Below, one piece after another: positions 24,404-36,274 of a stretch of DNA of 64,000 nucleotides. The notes beneath the pieces are model-generated. The model saw only the letters and a program-made list of their open reading frames with translations, was not told the origin of the DNA and did no database searches. Within the stretch, counting starts at the first letter, position 1, and the number at the start of each line of letters is the position of its first letter. Made by a program: the position numbers and the translations under genes. This DNA comes from Escherichia coli (GTDB lineage Bacteria > Pseudomonadota > Gammaproteobacteria > Enterobacterales > Enterobacteriaceae). The stretch lies in assembly GCF_030013205.1 (NCBI RefSeq), contig NZ_CP122648.1; one strand, 5' to 3'.

Positions 24404-25948
24404 TTACCCCTGTTGCTGCGTCGGTTGTTCACTCTGCATCGCGCTCGGCCCCAGACGGGCATATTTCTGCATCAGGTAGACTTCGGCGATTAAGAACAGG
24501 GTGTAAAGCCCTACGATCATGATCAGTGAGAAAGCCAGTTGTCCTGTGGTTAAGGCGGAGTGCGCGGAGTATGTCGGTAAGATGTCCTGTATCGCCCACG
24601 GCTGACGACCAAACTCGGTCATAAACCACCCGGCTTCAATCGCAATCCACGGCAGCGGCAAACTCCAGAGCGCCATTTTCAGCACCCAGCGATGCTGGTC
24701 GATTTTGCCACGCAGCGTCTGGACAAGCGCAATAAGCATCACCAGTAGCAGCAGGGAACCACAGCCCACCATGATGCGGAAACTCCAGAATACCGGCGCA
24801 ACCTGAGGTATCGCGCCACGCATCGCCGCCTGGTACTGTGCGGCTGTGACATGATTCATATCCGGCGCATAGCGGGAGAGCAACATGCCGTAACCAAGGT
24901 CGCCTTCCAGCTCCCGAAATGCCTGCAACACATGCGGCTCACGATTGCCTTGCGATATTTCCTGCATTAACAGCCAGGCCATACGTCCGCGTTGCAAGCG
25001 TGGGTAGGTTTCAGCCATCAAATTCTTCAGACCCGGCACGGGTTTATCTAATGAGTGAGTGGCGAGGATCCCTAGCAGCGCGGGAATTTTGATAGCAAAG
25101 GCGTTACGTTCTTGATCCTGTTCCGGCCAGGCAACCACATGGAACGGTGCAGGTGCAGGTTCCGTTTGCCACTCCCCTTCCATCGCCGCCAGTTTTACCG
25201 GTTGTACTTGCGCGACTTCATACGCAGAACTGTCTCCGAGTTGCAGCGTGCCGATAATCGCCAGAGTACCGAAGACGGAACCGATGGCAAACGAGCGTAA
25301 TGCAACATCGCGCTCCCGTCCGCGCAGTAAATACCAGGCGCTGATCGCCATAATAAACATGGCCCCGGTCACGTAGCCCGCCATTACGGTGTGCACAAAT
25401 TTCACCTGGCTGACCGGGTTAAAGACCAGCTCGCTGAAGCTGGTCATTTCCATGCGCAGGGTGTCGATATCAAAATGCGCACCGGTCGGGTATTGCATCC
25501 AACCGTTGGCATTCAATATCCACAACGCAGAGAGATTTGAACCGAACGCCACCAGCCACGTCACCAGCAGGTGCTGGTATTTATTCAGCCGCTGCCAGCC
25601 GAAGAAGAACAGCCCGACAAAGGTGGATTCGAGGAAGAAGGCCATTAATGCTTCCATTGCCAGCGGTGCGCCAAAAATATCGCCCACATAGTTGGAATAG
25701 AATGACCAGTTAGTACCAAACTGAAACTCCATCGTCAGGCCGGTAGCCACGCCAAGAGCAAAGTTGATACCGAAGAGCTTACCCCAGAAGCGCGTCATAT
25801 CGCGGTAGATTGTTTTGCCGGTGACCACGTAAATGGTTTCCATGATAGCCAGCAAAAAAATCAGCCCCAGGGTAAGGGGTACAAATAAAAAGTGATACAG
25901 CGCGGTCAGAGCAAACTGCCAGCGCGATAAATCAATGACATCCCACAT
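24404..25948 (-). CDS. appC: AppC cytochrome bd-II subunit I
   Basis: [28 protein letters not shown]... 514 aa. Confidence 0.95.
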   Translation of the reverse strand: MWDVIDLSRWQFALTALYHFLFVPLTLGLIFLLAIMETIYVVTGKTIYRDMTRFWGKLFGINFALGVATGLTMEFQFGTNWSFYSNYVGDIFGAPLAMEALMAFFLESTFVGLFFFGWQRLNKYQHLLVTWLVAFGSNLSALWILNANGWMQYPTGAHFDIDTLRMEMTSFSELVFNPVSQVKFVHTVMAGYVTGAMFIMAISAWYLLRGRERDVALRSFAIGSVFGTLAIIGTLQLGDSSAYEVAQVQPVKLAAMEGEWQTEPAPAPFHVVAWPEQDQERNAFAIKIPALLGILATHSLDKPVPGLKNLMAETYPRLQRGRMAWLLMQEISQGNREPHVLQAFRELEGDLGYGMLLSRYAPDMNHVTAAQYQAAMRGAIPQVAPVFWSFRIMVGCGSLLLLVMLIALVQTLRGKIDQHRWVLKMALWSLPLPWIAIEAGWFMTEFGRQPWAIQDILPTYSAHSALTTGQLAFSLIMIVGLYTLFLIAEVYLMQKYARLGPSAMQSEQPTQQQG

Positions 25949-26081
25949 GCGCACTCCTGTAGGCGAAGAGAGAAAAATAACCCGATAATGGTAGATCTCC
26001 CTCTTTATCCTGAAACTCTACGACCAGAGGTATTCGCCGATTGCGATATTCATAAGCCTGAAAGCGATACTTACCGTCTTT

Positions 26082-26939
26082 TTACGACGGAGCCCCTTCC
26101 GCCAGCCACTGACATACCTCGCTAAGCCGCTGCGCTGAGTCGACCAAATCTTCTGGCGCTGCCAGAACCACTTCCGGTATCGGGCAGATTTCATAACTCT
26201 CCATTAACGGGCCTTTTAAGGTGTCCGTACAGCGTAAATGCCAGACATGGCGTAACCCCGTGGCGTTGATATAGCTCTCGCCATAGCCAATGGTACGAAT
26301 CTGAATATTTCCCGGCCCACAGAGACGTGAGAGAAAAAGCCGGTCAGCTTCGCTGATGGGCAATTGCGTCAGATTAATGCTGTGCGGCTGCGCGTCGGGG
26401 TTACGTACATGTGCCAGTAATTCATGAGCCAACGGTAGGCCATTCATCAGGCCATCAATGGGCGGCGGTAACAGCGAATCTGTCGGCAAGACGTTTTGCG
26501 TTGCCGCCTGCCACAATGCCAGCGGCGCGCAGCCAGCCTCCAGTTTGTCCTCCAGCAACTGTTCGCCGCAACGTCTGCGCACCCGCCATAATCCGCAGAA
26601 GATCGCCTCCTGTATTTCACTTTCACTGTCGTCAGCCTGCTGAATGCGCACTGACACTTCCCCTTCCCCGAGAAGCGTATTGATAAAGTGACGATCGTCG
26701 GCGTTGAGATTTAACAGATCGACTGCCAGCACCTCACCCAGCGGCGGCTGGCGCTCGCTTAGTCGATGTTGTAACTCGTTTAATAGCGCAATCACCTGCG
26801 GGCTGTGAGCACATTGCTCCAGGGCCGCCATACTCGGTTCATCATTCACCTGACAGGTGATCGGCAGTGGATTCATGCTGAAACTGTCATCGTCAGGTTG
26901 CGTTCCTGGCCCCAGCAGATGGAAAAAAGTTTCGCTCAT
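26082..26939 (-). CDS. hyaF: HyaF hydrogenase-1 operon protein
   Basis: [18 protein letters not shown]... 285 aa, operon position. Confidence 0.9.
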   Translation of the reverse strand: MSETFFHLLGPGTQPDDDSFSMNPLPITCQVNDEPSMAALEQCAHSPQVIALLNELQHRLSERQPPLGEVLAVDLLNLNADDRHFINTLLGEGEVSVRIQQADDSESEIQEAIFCGLWRVRRRCGEQLLEDKLEAGCAPLALWQAATQNVLPTDSLLPPPIDGLMNGLPLAHELLAHVRNPDAQPHSINLTQLPISEADRLFLSRLCGPGNIQIRTIGYGESYINATGLRHVWHLRCTDTLKGPLMESYEICPIPEVVLAAPEDLVDSAQRLSEVCQWLAEGAPS

Positions 26940-27334
26940 GAGGCACGCTCCTGCTGCGGTTCGACAAGCCCACGCATCAGGTTTATCAGTTCCGCCCACG
27001 GGTGAATACCATTCAGCACGCCGCGATAGTTTCCGCCGGTAAACACTAATGTGGCGGGAAAGCGAAAGACGCCAAAGCGATCGCCGATGGCTTCGCTCTG
27101 CTCAAGGTCAGCAATCGCCACCTGCCATGTGTAGTCGGGAAACTCGCGCAGTAATTCGCCAATCATTACCGGATTATCGCTGACCTCTGGCGTGCGTTTC
27201 GGGTCACTGCTTAATAACACCACGCCGTCTGGCGCTTGCGTAAGCCAGTCGTCAAGACGGGATTCACTGATCGGCGTCCAGCCGCGCGCCAGCATTCGTT
27301 GCCACAACGCATCAAATGGCGTGTCGTTGCTCAT
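26936..27334 (-). CDS. hyaE: HyaE hydrogenase-1 chaperone
   Basis: [22 protein letters not shown]... 132 aa. Confidence 0.92.
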   Translation of the reverse strand: MSNDTPFDALWQRMLARGWTPISESRLDDWLTQAPDGVVLLSSDPKRTPEVSDNPVMIGELLREFPDYTWQVAIADLEQSEAIGDRFGVFRFPATLVFTGGNYRGVLNGIHPWAELINLMRGLVEPQQERAS

Positions 27335-27918
27335 CCCTGCTCCTCCAGCGTCATCCGGTACTGGCGCAAGCGAATGCCTTCGTAATTTTCCATAGACAGA
27401 CAGTCATAATTGAGACAGCGCGATTCATTAGCCGGTTGCGGCACAATTCCCCACACAGCCAGCTGCGCCAGCGCCGCCTGTTCCGCAGCGGGCAGTTGCT
27501 CCCGCGCCAGTTCGCTCAGGCTACCGCCGTAGTCGTCGAGCATTGCGGGTTGCAGACCGACGAGGGCAATATGTGCTGGCAGATGTCCGCGGATATCTGC
27601 CAGCGCCAGCACTTCGGAGAAGCTGTTCTGGTGCAGACTCATTTTCTTCGCGCTGAGATAAGCCGGAATGCGTTCTCCGGCATATGTTCGCAGCGTTCCG
27701 GGTTCCAGCCCGTAATCAATGGCATCGAGGATCAACAAGTGACTGGCGCTTTCGACATACCCCAGCAAGTTCAGTCCCTGAGTACCGCCATCGACAATCT
27801 CCACATCCTCGGGCCAGTGGTAATGGGCATACAGCCGTTCCGCCACCCGCACGCCGAAGCCTTCATCGGCCCACAGCAGGTTGCCCAGCCCCATTACCAC
27901 CACGCGTTGCTCGCTCAT
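27331..27918 (-). CDS. hyaD: HyaD hydrogenase-1 maturation endopeptidase
   Basis: [22 protein letters not shown]... 195 aa. Confidence 0.93.
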   Translation of the reverse strand: MSEQRVVVMGLGNLLWADEGFGVRVAERLYAHYHWPEDVEIVDGGTQGLNLLGYVESASHLLILDAIDYGLEPGTLRTYAGERIPAYLSAKKMSLHQNSFSEVLALADIRGHLPAHIALVGLQPAMLDDYGGSLSELAREQLPAAEQAALAQLAVWGIVPQPANESRCLNYDCLSMENYEGIRLRQYRMTLEEQG

Positions 27919-28622
27919 GAACGCTCCTTGTTACTTATTTTGCCAAATTTGTGGCTACGGTAGCCGTTGACCATAGTGGAGATCACCGTGTCGTCGGACA
28001 TAATGTCTTCACGCAGCGCCATGTAGACATGGCCGATCACAAACGCGCCAATCAGCCACATCCCCAGCCGATGCCAGCTGTGAATGTCCATTGAGTTGCC
28101 CCCCGTCCAGTAGAAAAATTCCACCACATAACGAAACGGCGCAAAAATAGCGTACTGGCTGTGTTCGCTGTAGAGCGCAAAGCCGGTGATGATCATAAAT
28201 ACCGACATCAGGAAATAGCCGAACATCGCCGCCTGGGCGATGGGGTTATGACCTATATCGGCACTCGGACGTTTTGCCAGAAACAGATACCAGCGGATTT
28301 CATACCACACGCCCTGCCACCAGCTTTTGCGCCATACTGGCACGATGAAAAGCTCGCGTGAGTAGCGATTGCCGACAAAAGCCCAGTAGATCCGCATCAG
28401 CAAGACCACGGTAAAAATCATCCCGGCGCTGAAGTGAATCAACCTGATATAGCCCATGTAAAACAGATACGTCGCCTCACCGCTGACCGAAGGCAGCGGT
28501 TTGCCGATGAAGTAACCGGTGACCATCAACACCGCCATGCATAACACCGTCAGCCAGTGCCATATCCGCACGGGTGCTTCAAAGACATAGTGACTGACAA
28601 CGTTGTCGCTTTTCTGTTGCAT
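27915..28622 (-). CDS. hyaC: HyaC hydrogenase-1 b-type cytochrome subunit
   Basis: 235 aa membrane protein, operon position. Confidence 0.93.
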   Translation of the reverse strand: MQQKSDNVVSHYVFEAPVRIWHWLTVLCMAVLMVTGYFIGKPLPSVSGEATYLFYMGYIRLIHFSAGMIFTVVLLMRIYWAFVGNRYSRELFIVPVWRKSWWQGVWYEIRWYLFLAKRPSADIGHNPIAQAAMFGYFLMSVFMIITGFALYSEHSQYAIFAPFRYVVEFFYWTGGNSMDIHSWHRLGMWLIGAFVIGHVYMALREDIMSDDTVISTMVNGYRSHKFGKISNKERS

Positions 28623-28640
28623 GATGATTCTCCTTCGCTG

Positions 28641-30434
28641 TTAACGCACCTGCACGGAGATCAGCTCGCTACCGTCGTCGCCCAGCACGTGTGTTGAACA
28701 GGCGAGGCACGGGTCAAAGCTGTGCAGAGTACGCAGGATCTCCAGCGGTTGCTCGGGGATCGCCATTTTGGTGTTCATCAGCGCCGCTTCATAAGCGCCA
28801 ATTTGCCCTTTAGGATCGCGCGGGCTGGCGTTCCAGGTGGTCGGCACCACGCACTGGTAGAGATCAATCTTGCCATCGCGAATGGCGGCCCAGTGGCCTA
28901 ACGCTCCGCGCGGCGCTTCGGTAAAGCCGACACCACGGCACTCTGTCGGCCAGGTTGCTGGTTCCCACTTCTCAGTGGAGGCGGTGGCGAGATTGCCGTT
29001 TTTGAGATTGGTCATCAGCTTGTCGAAGAAATACTGCAACTTACCTGCGGCCCACTGCGCTTCGTGCGCGCGACACAAAATGCGGCCCAATGTTGACTGG
29101 ATGCCGGAAAGCGGTAGGTTCAGCGCCGACATCATGCGATCGACCGACTCAACGGTCGCCGCATCGCCTTTGTGATAAGCGATTAACGTGCGTGCCAGCG
29201 GCCCCACTTCCATCGCGTTACCGCGCCAGCGTGGCGCTTTGATCCACGAGTAGCGTTCCTGTTCATTCAGCTGCTGAATGTTGGTATCGCTGCCTTTGAC
29301 ATCGCCGGGGTTGTACCACGGGTCGGTGATGCCATCGAACGGATGATGCCCGACCTGATCGTTGGGATATCGATACCAGGCGTGGTCGACAAACTCCTGC
29401 ACCTGCTGCGGATCAACCAAATCCACTGGCAGCACATTGTTGAAGTCGCCGTTAATCACCGCGCCGCCAGGCATCAGCAGACTTTTCTCGCCAAAGTCGT
29501 TGGCAATATCCGGGAATGCGCCGTAGCTGAGGACACATTTATCAGAAAGACCCGTGCCGATTTCGCTCCACGGTTTGTTGAACTGACCAATGGCTAAGGC
29601 GTCGGGGATCATCACGTTGTTAATGAAATCCGCCGTACGGGTAATGATTGACTGCACCAGGTTCAGGCGTTCCATATTGACCGCCCCGACCGCGCCGCTT
29701 TCGTCAATGTTAATGGCGCAAGGCATCCCGCCGACAATCCAGTTTGGATGCGGGTTTTTACCGCCAAAGACCGCGTGGATTTTGACAATTTCACGCTGGA
29801 AATCGAGAGCTTCGAGATAGTGGGCAAAGCCCATCAGGTTGGCTTCTGGCGGCAGTTTGTACTGCGGGTGCCCCCAGTAGCCATTGCGGAAGATCCCCAA
29901 CTGCCCGCCTTCAACGAATTTCTTCAGGCGGTTTTGTACGTCGAAGAAATAGCCAGGGGATGATTTCGGCCATGAGGAGAGACTTTGCGCCAGTTCGGAG
30001 GTTTTCCGCGGATCGGCTTTCAGCGCATCTAACACATCGATCCAGTCCATCCCGGCAAGCTGATAAAAGTGCACCAGATGGTCATGGCACCAGAGCGTCG
30101 CCAGCATAATGTTGCGGATGATATTAGCGTTGTCCGGCACTTTAATACCAATGGCATCTTCGATGGCGTAAACCGAAGCCAGAGCGTGTACGCCGGTACA
30201 GACGCCGCAGATACGTTCAACGAACGCCCACGCATCGCGCGGGTCGCGCCCTTGCAGGATGATCTCCAGCCCGCGAAACATGGTGCCGCAGGAGACGGCA
30301 TTGGTGATCACATTCTGATCGTTAATATTCACTTCGCAGCGCATGTGGCCTTCAATGCGCGTAATCGGGTCGACCACCAGGCGGCGTCCGGCATTATTGA
30401 TGGTGTATCCCTGAGTTTCGTACTGAGTGCTCAT
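28641..30434 (-). CDS. hyaB: HyaB [NiFe] hydrogenase-1 large subunit
   Basis: 597 aa; N-terminal [10 protein letters not shown] and C-terminal DPCLACSTH Ni-binding motifs. Confidence 0.96.
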   Translation of the reverse strand: MSTQYETQGYTINNAGRRLVVDPITRIEGHMRCEVNINDQNVITNAVSCGTMFRGLEIILQGRDPRDAWAFVERICGVCTGVHALASVYAIEDAIGIKVPDNANIIRNIMLATLWCHDHLVHFYQLAGMDWIDVLDALKADPRKTSELAQSLSSWPKSSPGYFFDVQNRLKKFVEGGQLGIFRNGYWGHPQYKLPPEANLMGFAHYLEALDFQREIVKIHAVFGGKNPHPNWIVGGMPCAINIDESGAVGAVNMERLNLVQSIITRTADFINNVMIPDALAIGQFNKPWSEIGTGLSDKCVLSYGAFPDIANDFGEKSLLMPGGAVINGDFNNVLPVDLVDPQQVQEFVDHAWYRYPNDQVGHHPFDGITDPWYNPGDVKGSDTNIQQLNEQERYSWIKAPRWRGNAMEVGPLARTLIAYHKGDAATVESVDRMMSALNLPLSGIQSTLGRILCRAHEAQWAAGKLQYFFDKLMTNLKNGNLATASTEKWEPATWPTECRGVGFTEAPRGALGHWAAIRDGKIDLYQCVVPTTWNASPRDPKGQIGAYEAALMNTKMAIPEQPLEILRTLHSFDPCLACSTHVLGDDGSELISVQVR

Positions 30435-31549
30435 GCCTGTTTATCCTCATTGCCTGGCTGATGTTCGGTTTCTGTAGGTTGCTGGTTATGACGTCTGCGC
30501 TGGTCAACGGCGCTGGCGACTGCGTGCACACCAACAGCCGCTGCCACCACGCCAAGCGCGGTTAAACCGACGGTGTCGGCGGTGGAATGAGTTCCCATTT
30601 GCGGAATATCGACCACGCGACTGTAGAACGAACCGCGATCCCAGAAACCATTTTCCGCACAGCCCAGGCAGCCGTGACCAGACTGGATTGGGAAAGAAAC
30701 GCCATCATTCCAGCGTGTGGAGGAACAGGCGTTATAGGTGGTAGGCCCTTTGCAGCCCATTTTGTACAGGCAGTAACCTTTGCGGGCAGCGTCATCATCC
30801 CAACTCTGCACGAACTCTCCGGCGTCGAAGTGGGCGCGGCGATAGCATTTATCGTGGATTCGCTGACCATAGAACATCAACGGACGGCCCATTCTGTCGA
30901 CATCTGGCAAGCGATCAAAGGTCACCATGTAAGTAATGATGGCGCTCATCACATCCGGGATCGGCGGGCAGCCAGGTACTTTGATAATAGGTTTGTCGGT
31001 GATGACTTTGTCGATAGGCGTTGCCTGCGTCGGATTGGGTCGCGCGGCCTGCACGCAGCCCCAGGACGCGCAGGTTCCCCAGGCGATAATCGCACTGGCT
31101 CCGGCAGCAGCACGTTTGAGTTTCTCAATAAACGGTCGTCCGCTGCTGATACAGAACATCCCCTGCTCGCCCAGCGGCGGATTACCTTCTACTGCGAGGA
31201 TATATTTGCCATTGTATTGCGTGATGATGTCTTCAAAGACTTCTTCCGCCTGGGTTCCGGCGGCAGCCATCAAAGTATCGTCATAATCGAGGGAAATCAG
31301 GGAAAGGATGACGTCCTTCGCCAGTGGGTGAGCGGAGCGGATAAAAGATTCGGTACAGCAGGTGCATTCCAGACCGTGGATCCATACCACCGGAATGCGC
31401 GGTTTGTTCTCCAGCGCCCAGGCAATCTTTGGTGCCATTCCCGCGCCTAATCCCAGCGACGTGGCAGCCAGACTACAATATTTGAGAAAGCTGCGCCGGG
31501 TAACGCCCTGACGCCGCATGGCCTGGTAAAATGTTTCCTCGTTATTCAT
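30431..31549 (-). CDS. hyaA: HyaA [NiFe] hydrogenase-1 small subunit
   Basis: [29 protein letters not shown]at signal; 372 aa. Confidence 0.95.
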   Translation of the reverse strand: MNNEETFYQAMRRQGVTRRSFLKYCSLAATSLGLGAGMAPKIAWALENKPRIPVVWIHGLECTCCTESFIRSAHPLAKDVILSLISLDYDDTLMAAAGTQAEEVFEDIITQYNGKYILAVEGNPPLGEQGMFCISSGRPFIEKLKRAAAGASAIIAWGTCASWGCVQAARPNPTQATPIDKVITDKPIIKVPGCPPIPDVMSAIITYMVTFDRLPDVDRMGRPLMFYGQRIHDKCYRRAHFDAGEFVQSWDDDAARKGYCLYKMGCKGPTTYNACSSTRWNDGVSFPIQSGHGCLGCAENGFWDRGSFYSRVVDIPQMGTHSTADTVGLTALGVVAAAVGVHAVASAVDQRRRHNQQPTETEHQPGNEDKQA

Positions 31550-31975
31550 ATCGCACGTCTCTTCTCCTTGCGACACCGGCAGGACACCGGGCGCACATGG
31601 TCGGCAAGCGACGTCCCTGTAGCAAGGCAAACCATCGCTTCACGTGAGATGCTGAAAACGAAAGCTCATCCTTCTGCACTGGCGCACGTCGCCAGAAAGT
31701 AATGTTAATAAAGCGTAGTGAAACTTTTGCACAAAACAATACAAACTGTGTGGATTTATCTTTTAGCGATAAAAATGGACCTATTTTTCTTTTTGCCGGG
31801 CGGTGGGGATGTTTAGCCAGTTGCTAAACGAGTAAAAGAGAAGGAATTCATGGTGATGAAATGATCAATCTGCTGTTATTTCACGCTATCAATGCACTTT
31901 TGGCTGTTTTTCAGGCAAACAAACAAATTAGGGGTTTACACGCCGCATCGGGATGTTTATAGTGCGCGTCATTCC

Positions 31976-32063
31976 GGAAGTGTGGCCGAGCGGTTGAAGG
32001 CACCGGTCTTGAAAACCGGCGACCCGAAAGGGTTCCAGAGTTCGAATCTCTGCGCTTCCGCCA
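31976..32063 (+). tRNA. serT: tRNA-Ser (anticodon UGA)
   Basis: GGAAGTGTGGCCGAGCGGTTGAAGGCACCGGTCTTGAAAACCGG...CGCTTCCGCCA, long variable arm, CCA encoded; 3' half lies in prophage att core. Confidence 0.95.
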
Positions 32064-32071
32064 AATAATCA
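32004..32071. repeat. Prophage att core copy, serT 3' half (attL)
   Basis: 68-bp identical to 52435-52502. Confidence 0.85.
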
Positions 32072-32105
32072 AGGGGTTACCAAATGGTAACCCCTTTGCT
32101 TTTTG
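32072..32105 (+). terminator. Intrinsic terminator after serT, supplied by prophage-side DNA
   Basis: Stem AGGGGTTACC / GGTAACCCCT followed by T-run. Confidence 0.7.
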
Positions 32106-32107
32106 GG

Positions 32108-32140
32108 CTCTTGGTATAAACTTGGTATACCAATTGGTAT
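32108..32140. promoter_or_regulatory. Three direct repeats TTGGTATA, candidate integrase arm-type sites
   Basis: CTTGGTATAAACTTGGTATACCAATTGGTATA next to attL; the same octamer recurs near attR at about 52321. Confidence 0.4.
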
Positions 32141-32326
32141 ATTTTCTGCCAAAAAATTCCTAAAATCCCCTCCAGCACAAACAATCACTTGCTCATTCAT
32201 ACTTTATCAAGAAAATATCCTTGCAAGTTATGTTGTTTCTTTCTGCGTCCCGACAGGGTGTCATGGTTCCCCACTTCTCTCGGGATGGACACTTAACGGA
32301 CGAGAAATTTTCAGGTGTCATTCAGA

Positions 32327-32365
32327 CGCGCTTCGGCCCCGGATTGGCGAAGCGCGCTTTTTTTC
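32327..32365 (+). terminator. Strong intrinsic terminator inside prophage end
   Basis: Stem CGCGCTTCG(GCC) / (GGC)CGAAGCGCG followed by TTTTTTT. Confidence 0.6.
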
Positions 32366-32511
32366 TCAGATTATTTCGTTTTGCCTGAGTGTTGAATAAC
32401 GCCACTACAGTTATATAAGCTGGAAATCATTCAATACTCGCACTATCGAAAGTTCACCAGCCAACCGCAGCACGTACTGCATACGTCGTGTCTGCGGTTT
32501 TTCTTTTTCAC

Positions 32512-32878
32512 TTACATTGTGTCTGGTTCTTCCGGCCACACAATATCCGGTGCTACTGATGTATCAACACGGTTCAGCAACACCCGATACTTTTTCCAGG
32601 CTTCCAGCAACGAGTTTTCTTCCTCCGTTGCGATCTCCAGATCTACAGCATCCTGAAGTGGCGCAATATGCTCACTGGCTACCTGCATCAGGCTGTTTTT
32701 TGTTTCTTCCGCCTCCCGGATCCGGAACAGTTTTTCTGCTTCTGCATCTTTCACCCAGGCTGTGCCGTTCCACTTCTGAAACTCCCCTTCCGGCGATAAC
32801 CAGGTAACATTTTCCGGTAACGGACCGAGTTCAGAAATAAATAACGCGTCCCCTGACGCTACGTCATAAACCGTTTTG
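32512..32878 (-). pseudogene. Tail fibre assembly protein (Tfa) C-terminal remnant
   Basis: ...[57 protein letters not shown]...[18 protein letters not shown] matches recalled Tfa family; N-terminus missing, fused at a deletion to stf remnant. Confidence 0.75.
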
Positions 32879-33710
32879 CAGATTTGTCAAAAGTCTGCCC
32901 CTGCATCAGGGCATAACCAGACGGAACGGTATTTGATGGCCACGGGATTGGTGCACCGACTGGGTAGCTTTCTGGTGGAAGATTTTTCGAGGTATAAACT
33001 TCTGCCCAGTCTTCCTCAAAACCATAACCGTCTCTTGAAGAACGGTAGAACAGACCACCATTTCTGTAATGCGCCTTCATCTGCAGGGTCCGGCAACTTC
33101 CGACTCCGGTATAGAAGTTAACCAGAATATAGCTGTTGCCTGTCCGGGTGACATTGTATGCACCAGATTTAGCATTCCACGGAACGCCTCCCTCTGACTC
33201 TGCGTGCACACCAGACGATCCAAGAGCAAAAGCAGAGACATCTGCAGCGGACAGCCTGATGTCTGATTTCAATGCCTTACCATTCACCTTACGACCAGAT
33301 GGAACCCGGTCATTTGCATTATCATTCACCGCTTTCACCGCCATTGGTGTTGCCGCCAGCGATTCACTGTCACTGTCCGTGGCACTGCTGAGCTGTACCA
33401 CCCCCTTTCTCGTCGTGCTCGCATCCTCTAGCGCCACGGCAGATGCAATATCCTCTGCCCGTTTTGCTGCTGTCTCGGCACGCGTTGCTGCAGATTCCGA
33501 CGTACTTTTGCTCTGAGCTGCCGCTGTCGCACTACCAGCTGCCTCTGTCGCCTTCGTGGATGCCGTCGTGGCACTGACCTTCGCCTCTGACGCCTGTCTT
33601 ACCGCCTCATCTTTTGAAGCAGACGCCGATGATGCTGATGACGCCGCCGAACTGGCGGACGATGCGGCTGCCGTTTCTGAGGCTCCTGCGCGGGTTGCCA
33701 CTTCCGTCAA
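32859..33710 (-). pseudogene. Side tail fibre (Stf) remnant
   Basis: Ala/Ser-rich repeat region then ...[16 protein letters not shown], after which the frame diverges into the tfa remnant. Confidence 0.65.
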
Positions 33711-34582
33711 CCAGGCTTATCAGCGTGGTGCCGGAGGATGGCAGCGTGATTTCACGGTCGAGCGTCAGCGTCCGGGTCTGGCTGTTCACCGCCAGCACGC
33801 GCCCGCCGGTGCTGATACCGGCATAGTCATCATCGCAGATTTCAATGACATCGCCCGGTACATGGCGAAGCCCTTCGGCACCCACGCTGAAGTCCACGGT
33901 CTGCGTTTCCAGCAGTTCTGTTTTAATCAGCCACAGCCCGGCGCGGTGCGCCTGCCCCCGGCTGGTACAGCCAAACGCATCCATCTTCGTGACGTTACGA
34001 CCGTAACGGGCAATGGCCTGCGAGTCCTCCACAAGCTCTGTCGCCGTCTCCTGGCCGTTATCCGGGTCAATCCAGTTCACTTCAACGGCATTATGGCGGT
34101 CTTTCAGGGCGCTGAAGCTGTAGCGGAATGGTGCGCCATCATCCGGCATCACCACATTACTGCGGTTATAGGTCCACACCTTATCCGACGGTCGGTCCTG
34201 CACGAACGTCAGCGTCTGCCCGTTCCATACCGGCATACAGCGCATCGCCGAGCAGAAATCACTGAGCACATCCCAGGCCTTGCGCTGTGTGGTCAGGTAC
34301 GCATTACAGGCGATGCGCGGCTCCGTGCCGCCAAAGCCGTCCGGCACCGACTGGTCGCAGTACTGGCCGATGACATACAGCGCCCATTTGTCCACATCCG
34401 CCGCACCAAGACGTTTCACTGTCCAGCACCGGCGTACTGTTCAGCAGCACGCTTTTTAATCCCTCCACCGGACCTTCTATCGGCCCTTCGCTGATGGCAT
34501 CAATCACACTCAGCAACTGCGTGGATTTCAGATTGTCCTTCGCTTCTCGCGGGGTATGCCCCTTACTGCTGCCTTTACCCAT
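33607..34582 (-). pseudogene. Lambda J-like tail tip protein remnant, frameshifted and internally deleted
   Basis: N-terminal ORF MGKGSSKGHTPREAKDNLKSTQLLSVIDAISEGPIEGPVEGLKSVLLNST as recalled for lambda J, then a second overlapping frame; about 330 aa in total versus over 1100 aa for intact J. Confidence 0.7.
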
Positions 34583-34642
34583 TCGTCATGCTCCATAAAC
34601 GACAAAACCGCCCGCAGGCGGTTTCACATAAAACATGTTGTA

Positions 34643-35140
34643 TCAGCGACCAATCACCACAACCTGACCACCATCCCCTTCGTCTGCCGTGCTGATCTCC
34701 TGAGAAACCACCCGCGACCCCACGCGCATTTCACCGTACAGAACGGGCAGAACATTGCCCTGGGCAACCATGTTATCCAGTGAGGAGAAATACGTATTCT
34801 GTTTGCCGTTATCCGTTGTCTGTGTACGGGGGGTTCTGGGTTTAGGGGCCAGCATCTGTGCAACACCGCCAAGCGTCATACTGGCACCGAGAGAAAACAG
34901 CAGATTGCTCGCCATAATTCCTACCCCCGGCATCCATATAGCAACCGCCATAACAGCAGCGCCCAGCACAGCCTGAAACACTCCGCCACTTTTAGCCCCA
35001 GCCAGACGCGGCACGATGTGGATCACGGCACCATTCGCCAGCGGTTCATTAAGACGGGCTGATAATTCTGTTTCACCGGCATCATGCCCGGCAATGCGTA
35101 CCTGATACCAGCGATGCGATATCCTGCTGGTGGATGAATG
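34643..35140 (-). pseudogene. Lambda I-like tail assembly protein, N-terminally truncated
   Basis: ...WYQVRIAG...GAVIHIVPRLAGAKSGGVFQAVLGAA...EISTADEGDGGQVVVIGR matches recalled gpI C-terminal two-thirds; in-frame stop upstream near 35150. Confidence 0.7.
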
Positions 35141-35447
35141 AGAGAATCTTCACCGACACCACCGATACCAGTACCGCACAAAGCGCGTCGAGAGATGTGC
35201 TGTGGAGATTCAATTTTTCGACCAGCCAGGACGCAAGGACATCCGCCCCCAGCACGCCAACAATGAACGACACCAGAAAATGCGCCGCCACACGCCAGAC
35301 AGAAATCACCTGTGGCATCGTGGCCACAAACAACGCCCCGGCAAACGCGCCAAACACAATCCCGAAATCCGTCCCGGTAAACAGCCCGAATACCGTCGCC
35401 CCGCCGAGCGCCACAGCAGTGCTGGAACCGGATAAGGGTTCAGACAT
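35082..35447 (-). CDS. Hypothetical multi-TM membrane protein (holin-like), 3' end overlapping I remnant
   Basis: MSEPLSGSSTAVALGGATVFGLFTG... three to four hydrophobic segments; no recognisable K motifs. Confidence 0.35.
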   Translation of the reverse strand: MSEPLSGSSTAVALGGATVFGLFTGTDFGIVFGAFAGALFVATMPQVISVWRVAAHFLVSFIVGVLGADVLASWLVEKLNLHSTSLDALCAVLVSVVSVKILSFIHQQDIASLVSGTHCRA

Positions 35448-35646
35448 ATTTATTCTCCTGTAAATAAAAAGGACCATCAGCGGCCCCGTAACTGACATTT
35501 TATTAACGTTTGAAGATATGGATATTTATCAGGGTTTACCGTTTTCTGAACCCTGGATATGTTAAGCATTCAGCCGGCCAGTGGTGGGACGCTGGCTCAT
35601 CATAGAGAAAGAGGGATGGCTGATTACCTCTGATCAGGGAAATCAC

Positions 35647-35916
35647 ATGCAGTTTTTACATAAAAGAATGCATTTAAATGCAGGAGATACGGTAGTGGTT
35701 GACTGCTCTCATCAGTGCAATATTTTGCTGATGACAGATACAAACTTTAATAACTACCGCAACGCAAGAAGCTTTCATCATCACGGTGGTGGCGGTTTTT
35801 TTCAGAGATTACCGGCCCACCTTCATGTACCGCATTCAGGTTACTGGAATATTACAATTGATTTAGGAGGCGGAAGTGCAGCTATTCGGCACTCCATTTC
35901 CGTCATCCCAGCATAG
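35647..35916 (+). CDS. Hypothetical protein
   Basis: MQFLHKRMHLNAGDTVVVDCSHQCN...HHHGGGG...; ORF followed by hairpin at about 35952-35983. Confidence 0.4.
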   Translation: MQFLHKRMHLNAGDTVVVDCSHQCNILLMTDTNFNNYRNARSFHHHGGGGFFQRLPAHLHVPHSGYWNITIDLGGGSAAIRHSISVIPA

Positions 35917-36227
35917 CAACTCGCCTTTAGCCTGAGTAAATGCGTCCTCAAGGACGGCAACGAGTCGCAGTTGCGTGCCGTCCTTTACACAGCGTGTGCA
36001 GGCAATACCTTCAGAACTTTCATTATGCCGAGCTCATACAATTTCACCATTTTGTTCAACTACAACGCTCATAATTTTCTTACACTTTTTTAATAAACCA
36101 CACCAATAACAACCATCACCGATACCTTTTGTATGCTGTTATTTTGCATTACGGTGTAACGGCAAGAGCCCCCTCCCCGCCCTGAAAGGCTCTGTGTTTT
36201 TGATGTGCGCCTGATGTGGCTCAGATA

Positions 36228-36251
36228 CAAAAAAGCTCGCAGTAGCGAGCT
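36228..36251 (-). terminator. Intrinsic terminator for the 36275-36553 gene
   Basis: Stem AGCTCGC / GCGAGCT with A-run on plus strand (T-run on minus) just below the stop. Confidence 0.6.
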
Positions 36252-36274
36252 AACAGAAAATATGAAGCATGTTT

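Noticed and set aside
32103-32399. 98-aa plus-strand ORF next to attL
   Set aside because: It runs straight through a strong intrinsic terminator hairpin and the TTGGTATA repeats, with no RBS; more likely non-coding.
35082-35498. Possibility that the hydrophobic ORF upstream of the I remnant is lambda K
   Set aside because: No metalloprotease or Cys/His peptidase motifs of the kind expected in a K-like protein, and the sequence is dominated by transmembrane segments; kept only as a low-confidence holin-like membrane protein.
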